Below, piece by piece: positions 58,657 through 64,000 of a DNA stretch of 64,000 nucleotides. Under the pieces are notes generated by a model. It did no database searches, was not told the origin of the DNA, and saw nothing but the letters and a program-made list of their open reading frames with translations. How positions within the stretch are numbered: position 1 is the stretch's first letter; each line of letters starts with the position of its first letter. Origin of the DNA: a bacterium (GTDB lineage: Bacteria; Bdellovibrionota_C; UBA2361; CALJRW01); the NCBI GenBank assembly GCA_031385045.1, contig JANNBC010000025.1:32001-96000 (forward strand). The letters run 5' to 3'. A program made the translations under genes and the position numbers.

Positions 58657-60660
58657 TTACTTACTGACTAATTTCCAAAGGTCTAGAACTTCGCCAACAG
58701 TCCAAGCCTGCGCTGGACAACCACGTGATTTATGGGGAGAGTCCCCATCAAAGATTTCTGAAAGGCTAGCTATTCCTGCTACCTCTAGATTAGTACAAAG
58801 TTCTTCCAGGATATTTTTCAGCTCTATTTTTTTCTCAGCGCCATATGTATTTAAGATTGCCCGACAGTAGGGGCCAATTAACCATCCCCAAACAGTTCCT
58901 TGGTGGTAGCTGGCATCACGACTAACTACATCACCAAAATATGCACCACGATAATTTAAGTCCTCGGGAGAAAGAGTTCTTAGGCCATAGGGTGTTAGTA
59001 GTTTATTCTTTACCACGATTAGAATCTTCTTTGCTAAATCCGTCTTAACTGGGGAAAAATCTAAACTAATGGCAATGACTTGATTAGGGCGAAGGCTAGC
59101 ATCTTTAAGATCCTCGCGAACAACATCATACAAATATTGTCCATGCTCAAACCAGAAAGTAGGGATAAAGTTTTTTTCAAAAAGCTCGGCATTTAGTTGA
59201 TAGCTTTTGGCTAACTTGGAATCACCTAGCTTGCGCTCCAACAGTTCGGCAATCTTTAAAGCATTATACCAAAGGGCATTTATTTCCACTGCCTTGCCAA
59301 AACGAGGGGTAACAACCCACTCTCCAACCTTGGCATCCATCCAAGTTAATTGGGAACTTGGATTACCTGAATTTAAAAGTCCATCAGTATCTAATTTTAT
59401 ATTGTTAATTGTACCTAAGCTGAAGGCTTCAATAATCTGGCGGATGATTAATAAGGCATTTTGCTTGATCCATTTTTTATCACCAGTATTTTTATAAATT
59501 TGATAAATGGCGTTGATATACCAAAGAGAGGCATCAACAGAGTTGTATTCAACTTCTTGATTCTCTTTAATACGGTTTGGAATTAATCCATACTTCATTT
59601 TACTAGCAAAGTAGTTTAGTACTAATTTTGCATCATTGCTTCGTCCTGAGGCTAGGCATAGGCCAGGGAGAGCAATCATGGCATCTCGTCCCCAGTCTGT
59701 GAACCACGGATATCCCGCTAGGATTGTTCGGCTCTGATTCTCAGGTTCTGATTTAGGGTGGACTAAAAATTGATCTGCTGCTTGGATTAGCTTGGCTCCC
59801 AGAGAATCGTTAACCTTAGAAATCTTAATTAATTTTTTTAATCGATCTGCTTGATTTTGAATTAATAATTCAGGAGCAAGATTTAATTGATTATATGTAT
59901 CGGAGTAGATCAAAGATGCTTTCTGATCTTTAAATTCTAAGTTCCAGTAACCAAAGCTACAAAGATCTTCTAAGAAGTCATAGCCTCGATTATCTTCATG
60001 ATAATATTTTAGATTTTCAATCCATCTCGGTTGGTACTGAAATTGGCCTAAAGAGACTTTTGTAATAATTTCTGGGAGATTTGCTTTGGGCTGAATAGTT
60101 AGCGTTTGCTCTTCTAGCTGATAATCAAAATTTATTGACTCACTTTTTTTCTGTAGCTTATGATAGGAACGGGCAGCGATTAGTGGCTCCACCTGTAACT
60201 TAATTGCCTCAGGCGTATTACTACTGATTATTTGGTAATTAATTAAGGTTGTGTTCTGATTTTGAATCATCAAGACTGTCTTGCTTAATTTAATTTGATG
60301 CTCTTGGTTATTTATTTCATATATAAATGTGGCAAATGGGGACTTTTGAAACTCTTTTAAATATTGAAAGCCATGAGGAGCTACGGCATCATTAAAATTA
60401 ATTGTGGATAGATTGTAGGAGGAATTTCCAACTAAAAGAATCTCCAATTGGTTGGCAACTAACACGCTTCGCTCTCCTAATTGCTCAGTGGCAGCGACTA
60501 ATAGTCCGTGATAACGTCGAGTACTGGTGCCTAAGATTGTCGACCCCGACCAACCTCCAATTCCATTGGTTTCTAACCATTCTAGTTGAATACTTTTTTG
60601 GTAATCAGCAATGTTGGCAATTTGATAATTTATTTCTGGTAATTTTTTTCTGAAAAACAC
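58657..60660 (-). CDS. Glycogen debranching enzyme (amylo-alpha-1,6-glucosidase family)
   Basis: EWLETNGIGG, RRYHGLL, AGYPWFTDWGRD, LTWMDAK, VEINALWYNAL, YHQGTVW, EIFDG, AQAW. Confidence 0.93.
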   Translation of the reverse strand: MFFRKKLPEINYQIANIADYQKSIQLEWLETNGIGGWSGSTILGTSTRRYHGLLVAATEQLGERSVLVANQLEILLVGNSSYNLSTINFNDAVAPHGFQYLKEFQKSPFATFIYEINNQEHQIKLSKTVLMIQNQNTTLINYQIISSNTPEAIKLQVEPLIAARSYHKLQKKSESINFDYQLEEQTLTIQPKANLPEIITKVSLGQFQYQPRWIENLKYYHEDNRGYDFLEDLCSFGYWNLEFKDQKASLIYSDTYNQLNLAPELLIQNQADRLKKLIKISKVNDSLGAKLIQAADQFLVHPKSEPENQSRTILAGYPWFTDWGRDAMIALPGLCLASGRSNDAKLVLNYFASKMKYGLIPNRIKENQEVEYNSVDASLWYINAIYQIYKNTGDKKWIKQNALLIIRQIIEAFSLGTINNIKLDTDGLLNSGNPSSQLTWMDAKVGEWVVTPRFGKAVEINALWYNALKIAELLERKLGDSKLAKSYQLNAELFEKNFIPTFWFEHGQYLYDVVREDLKDASLRPNQVIAISLDFSPVKTDLAKKILIVVKNKLLTPYGLRTLSPEDLNYRGAYFGDVVSRDASYHQGTVWGWLIGPYCRAILNTYGAEKKIELKNILEELCTNLEVAGIASLSEIFDGDSPHKSRGCPAQAWTVGEVLDLWKLVSK

Positions 60661-60664
60661 TTTA

Positions 60665-63310
60665 TTATTTTATTGGGTTTTGAATTAAATCTGCAATTAA
60701 ACTAGTCCAACCTGTTTGATGACTGGCTCCTAATCCTTTGCCACATTCTCCATGAAAATACTCAAAGAACAAGAGCTGTTCGTTAAAATCAGGATTATTT
60801 TGGATTTTTTCATGTAAATTATAGATTGGTCGATGATTATTTTCGTTCTTTTTGAAAAGCTTAATTAAGCGATCGCTTAAAAATTGAGCAATCTCTTTTA
60901 GCGTCATAAATTGACCAGATCCAGTTGGGCATTCAATTAAAAAATCATCGGAGTAATAAGAATGAAAGCGTTGTAATGCCTCAATTATTAAATAGTTCAT
61001 TGGTAGCCAAATTGGCCCACGCCAATTGGAATTTCCTCCAAACATCTGATTTTCAGATTCTCCCGGCTGATAGTTTAGATTAAACTCATGACCATCAATA
61101 TTCATCTTAAACGGATGAGCCTCGTGAAATTTTGACATGGCTCGAATACCATACTCTGATAAGAATTCTTCGGGATCTAACATGCGACTTAATAGTTTCT
61201 TCATTCGATGTCCACGAAGTAGGGAGAGAAGTTTACTGGAGCCTTTCCCCGGTTCATTCCAGCGAGAGACTAGATTGGCAAGCTCTGGGCGATTCTCAAA
61301 AAACCAATTCATTTCCAGGCGAAACTTGGGAACTAAATCTAAAAGCTCTTGATCTAAAACTTCTACAGCGAAAAGGGGAATTAGTCCTACAATGGAACGG
61401 ACCTTTAGTGGTTTAACTTCACCATTTGGGAGATTTAGAGCATCATAATAAAACTTATCCTCCTCATCCCAAAGTCCAATCTTTTTCCCCGCCATGTTAG
61501 TCATCGCTTCCGAAATTAATAGAAAGTGATGGAAGAATTTCCCTGCGACTTCTTCATAATTATTATTATGACTAGCAAGTTCAATAGCAATGCGCATTAG
61601 GTTAAGTGAATACATTGCCATCCAGCTAGTGGCATCAGCTTGACTTAAAGAACCTCCCGTTGGCAGTGGGGCACTACGATCAAAAACGGCAATATTATCT
61701 AATCCTAGAAAACCTCCATCAAACAGATTGTGTCCCGAGGAGTCTCGTCGGTTAACCCACCACATGAAATTAATGACTAAACGATGAAAGATTTTTTCTA
61801 AAAAATCTAGGTCTCCTTTTTTGAGATGATTTAATCTTTGATCGTTTTGATAAATTTTCCAGGCAGCCCAAGCATGAACGGGAGGATTCACGTCATTAAA
61901 ACTCCACTCAAATGCTGGAAGTTGGCCATTGGGATGCATATAAAAATCATTGGTGATTAGTAGCATTTGTTTTTTGGCAAAATCTGGATCTACCAAACTT
62001 AATGGAACAGCATGAAAGGCTAGGTCCCAAGCAGCATACCAAGGATACTCCCACTTATCAGGCATAGAAATAATGTCCTCATTAACTAAGTGTTGCCATT
62101 CAGAGTTGCGACGATTCACTCGTGCAGGATTTGCTGTCGGACCAAGGACATCACCATCAAGCCAGTCTTTTACGTCGTAATAATAAAATTGTTTGTTCCA
62201 AAGCAGACCAGCTAAAGCTTCCCGATGGATTCGCTTATTTTCTTCGTTATTGATTTTATTTTGTAAGGTATCGAAAAATGACTGATTCTCAGCCACTCTT
62301 TCCTCGAAGTGTTTGGAAAAATCATCAAAGTTGATTGACTCTGAGTCCTTACTCAGGATTAAACGAAAAACCTGAGTTGATTTTCCATTAATTTCTGCTC
62401 GAAAACGAAATGCTGCTTTAGTACCAGTTCCAGATTTTGTAACACTATTCTGTTCCTGATTTACTATGTAATCATTAAAACCATCTTTAAAATGTGTTAC
62501 ATTCCCTAGTGCATGGGGAACCCTTTCTGGATTTGATTCATTATTAGATATTAATATTTCTTGCGGGTTTTCGGCCTTTAGATAATAAGTTCCCAATTCG
62601 GGGTGTTCAATTTTCAGACAGTCATTTCCTTGGCTTGTAATTGTTGGCAAGAGTTCCGGAAAGCTCCAAGACCAGGTATTTCTAAACCAGATTTGAGGGA
62701 GAATATCTAAAACTGCTTTTTCTAGAGAATAATTTTCAGCTGAAAGCTTAATTAAGGTGCAATAGGGGGAAGCTTTGGCGTACTCTAAGGTTAAATTAAA
62801 GTAGTTTCCTTGATCGAAGATACCCGTATCAATTAGCTCATATTCTGGATCCTTTTTGCTTAACTCCTGTGCTTTTCTTGTTAGCTGCTCATAAGGGAAG
62901 GCGTGATGCGGATATTTATAGAGCATCTTTTGGTAGGAGTGCACAGGATTATTATCAAGATAGTAATAGTACTCCTTAACATCCTCACCATGATTACCTT
63001 GATTACCTGTTAGTCCAAAAAAACGCTCTTTAATAATTGGATCTTTCTGATTCCAAAAAGCAAAACTAAAACAGAGAAGTTGATGTTCATCGCTAATTCC
63101 CCCAATGCCATCTTCTCCCCAACGATAGGCATAGCTCCGAGCGAGGTCATGAGAGATGTGTTCCCAGGCGGATCCGTCAGTACTATAATCTTCGCGAACA
63201 GTACCCCATTGTCTGTCAGATAAATACGGGCCCCAATATTTCCAGTTAGCATATTCGCCATCTGATTTCATTAAGGGATTTTTGATAAAATTCATGATAT
63301 TTTTTTGCAT
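60665..63310 (-). CDS. GH63/MGH1-like glucosidase
   Basis: WGPYLSDRQWGTVREDYS, MPDKWEYPWYAAWDLAFH, GGNSNWRGPIW, GLGASHQTGWT. Confidence 0.92.
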   Translation of the reverse strand: MQKNIMNFIKNPLMKSDGEYANWKYWGPYLSDRQWGTVREDYSTDGSAWEHISHDLARSYAYRWGEDGIGGISDEHQLLCFSFAFWNQKDPIIKERFFGLTGNQGNHGEDVKEYYYYLDNNPVHSYQKMLYKYPHHAFPYEQLTRKAQELSKKDPEYELIDTGIFDQGNYFNLTLEYAKASPYCTLIKLSAENYSLEKAVLDILPQIWFRNTWSWSFPELLPTITSQGNDCLKIEHPELGTYYLKAENPQEILISNNESNPERVPHALGNVTHFKDGFNDYIVNQEQNSVTKSGTGTKAAFRFRAEINGKSTQVFRLILSKDSESINFDDFSKHFEERVAENQSFFDTLQNKINNEENKRIHREALAGLLWNKQFYYYDVKDWLDGDVLGPTANPARVNRRNSEWQHLVNEDIISMPDKWEYPWYAAWDLAFHAVPLSLVDPDFAKKQMLLITNDFYMHPNGQLPAFEWSFNDVNPPVHAWAAWKIYQNDQRLNHLKKGDLDFLEKIFHRLVINFMWWVNRRDSSGHNLFDGGFLGLDNIAVFDRSAPLPTGGSLSQADATSWMAMYSLNLMRIAIELASHNNNYEEVAGKFFHHFLLISEAMTNMAGKKIGLWDEEDKFYYDALNLPNGEVKPLKVRSIVGLIPLFAVEVLDQELLDLVPKFRLEMNWFFENRPELANLVSRWNEPGKGSSKLLSLLRGHRMKKLLSRMLDPEEFLSEYGIRAMSKFHEAHPFKMNIDGHEFNLNYQPGESENQMFGGNSNWRGPIWLPMNYLIIEALQRFHSYYSDDFLIECPTGSGQFMTLKEIAQFLSDRLIKLFKKNENNHRPIYNLHEKIQNNPDFNEQLLFFEYFHGECGKGLGASHQTGWTSLIADLIQNPIK

Positions 63311-63853
63311 TACTAATTGACTATTTCTAACTCATACCTTACATTTACAACAGTTCTTAGTTTTAAGAATGTAAAGATATTGGGTTTGCCAATATGATGC
63401 TAGTTGGTTCTGCTTGTTTTTAAATTTTACAACAACTTCTAGCCTGCAATTCTAGAAAAATTAAAATATTTTTCCACTTTTAAAATGGTAAAATACCATT
63501 TTTGTTCGGTACAAACATAGACGCAACTACTCAGTAATCTCTTCTATTTGTTTTCGGAGATTTCTGAGTATCAGTACAGCTTTTTTACTGATGCTTAGGC
63601 AGTTATTGGGAAGCCGTCGTCGCATTTCAAGCCTGTAAAACTTTAATCGAAGTTCAAAAAGTGAAAAAGTTAATCATCCTAATGTGAGTTATTAGGTGGA
63701 TCGGCTTTAAATCTTTTTTTATTGATCTGGAAATTGGCCTGGCTAATTCAAGCTTGGATAAATCCAAGATTAAAGTTTCTGATAGCGACATAAAATGTGG
63801 TGAACCGCATAGAATAATTTATGTGATTCATTGATCTAGTTTCAAAAAATATA

Positions 63854-64000
63854 ATGAAAGTATTAATGTTAGGTTGGGAATATCCGCCCCAGATTGCTGG
63901 AGGTCTAGGTATGGCCTGTGAAGGTTTAACCAGAGCACTCTCAGGGCAAGATTTGGATATTACCTTTGTGGTTCCGCAACTCTACGGTCAAGAGCAAGCT
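63854..64000 (+). CDS. Glycosyltransferase family 4 (glycogen synthase-like), N-terminal part, runs off the window end
   Basis: Manual translation MKVLMLGWEYPPQIAGGLGMACEGLTRAL...ITFVVP. Confidence 0.85.
   Translation, partial: MKVLMLGWEYPPQIAGGLGMACEGLTRALSGQDLDITFVVPQLYGQEQA

Noticed and set aside
63311..63853. Long intergenic region, possible small gene or RNA
   Set aside because: Only short ORFs and no convincing structure; consistent with a divergent promoter region

Overview
This is an AT-rich bacterial chromosomal segment with mostly housekeeping and accessory genes: uvrA (partial), menB/menE-like, nadB/nadA, NfeD-flotillin, manA, typA, a desaturase, an ABC exporter, a RimK-associated protease/7TM-transglutaminase/ATP-grasp operon, livHMG, a sigma54 response regulator, an M16 peptidase pair, ftsK, lolA, pgl, a hexokinase and glycogen-related glycosidases. 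I saw no rRNA, tRNA, CRISPR array or transposase. The main find is an unannotated 46-aa ORF (2846..2986, -) with a lasso-type leader (YQKPKLIKYGSLKELT) and a 14-aa core (FGGSMSADFFGMQT). It lies between a stand-alone PqqD/RRE gene and a PRMT-fold methyltransferase whose active-site motifs are altered. No lasso cyclase or leader peptidase is present in the window, so this is either a split lasso pathway or a candidate new RRE-dependent, methyltransferase-centred RiPP system. Secondary finds: an unknown domain shared by a 1548-aa surface protein and a nearby stand-alone paralog; a rod-like structured RNA candidate after typA; small palindromic elements, one of which breaks a lipoprotein gene; nadB needing a non-canonical start; a possible premature TAG in manA; and recurrent leaderless-type promoters. 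All family calls come from motif recognition by eye, not database searches.
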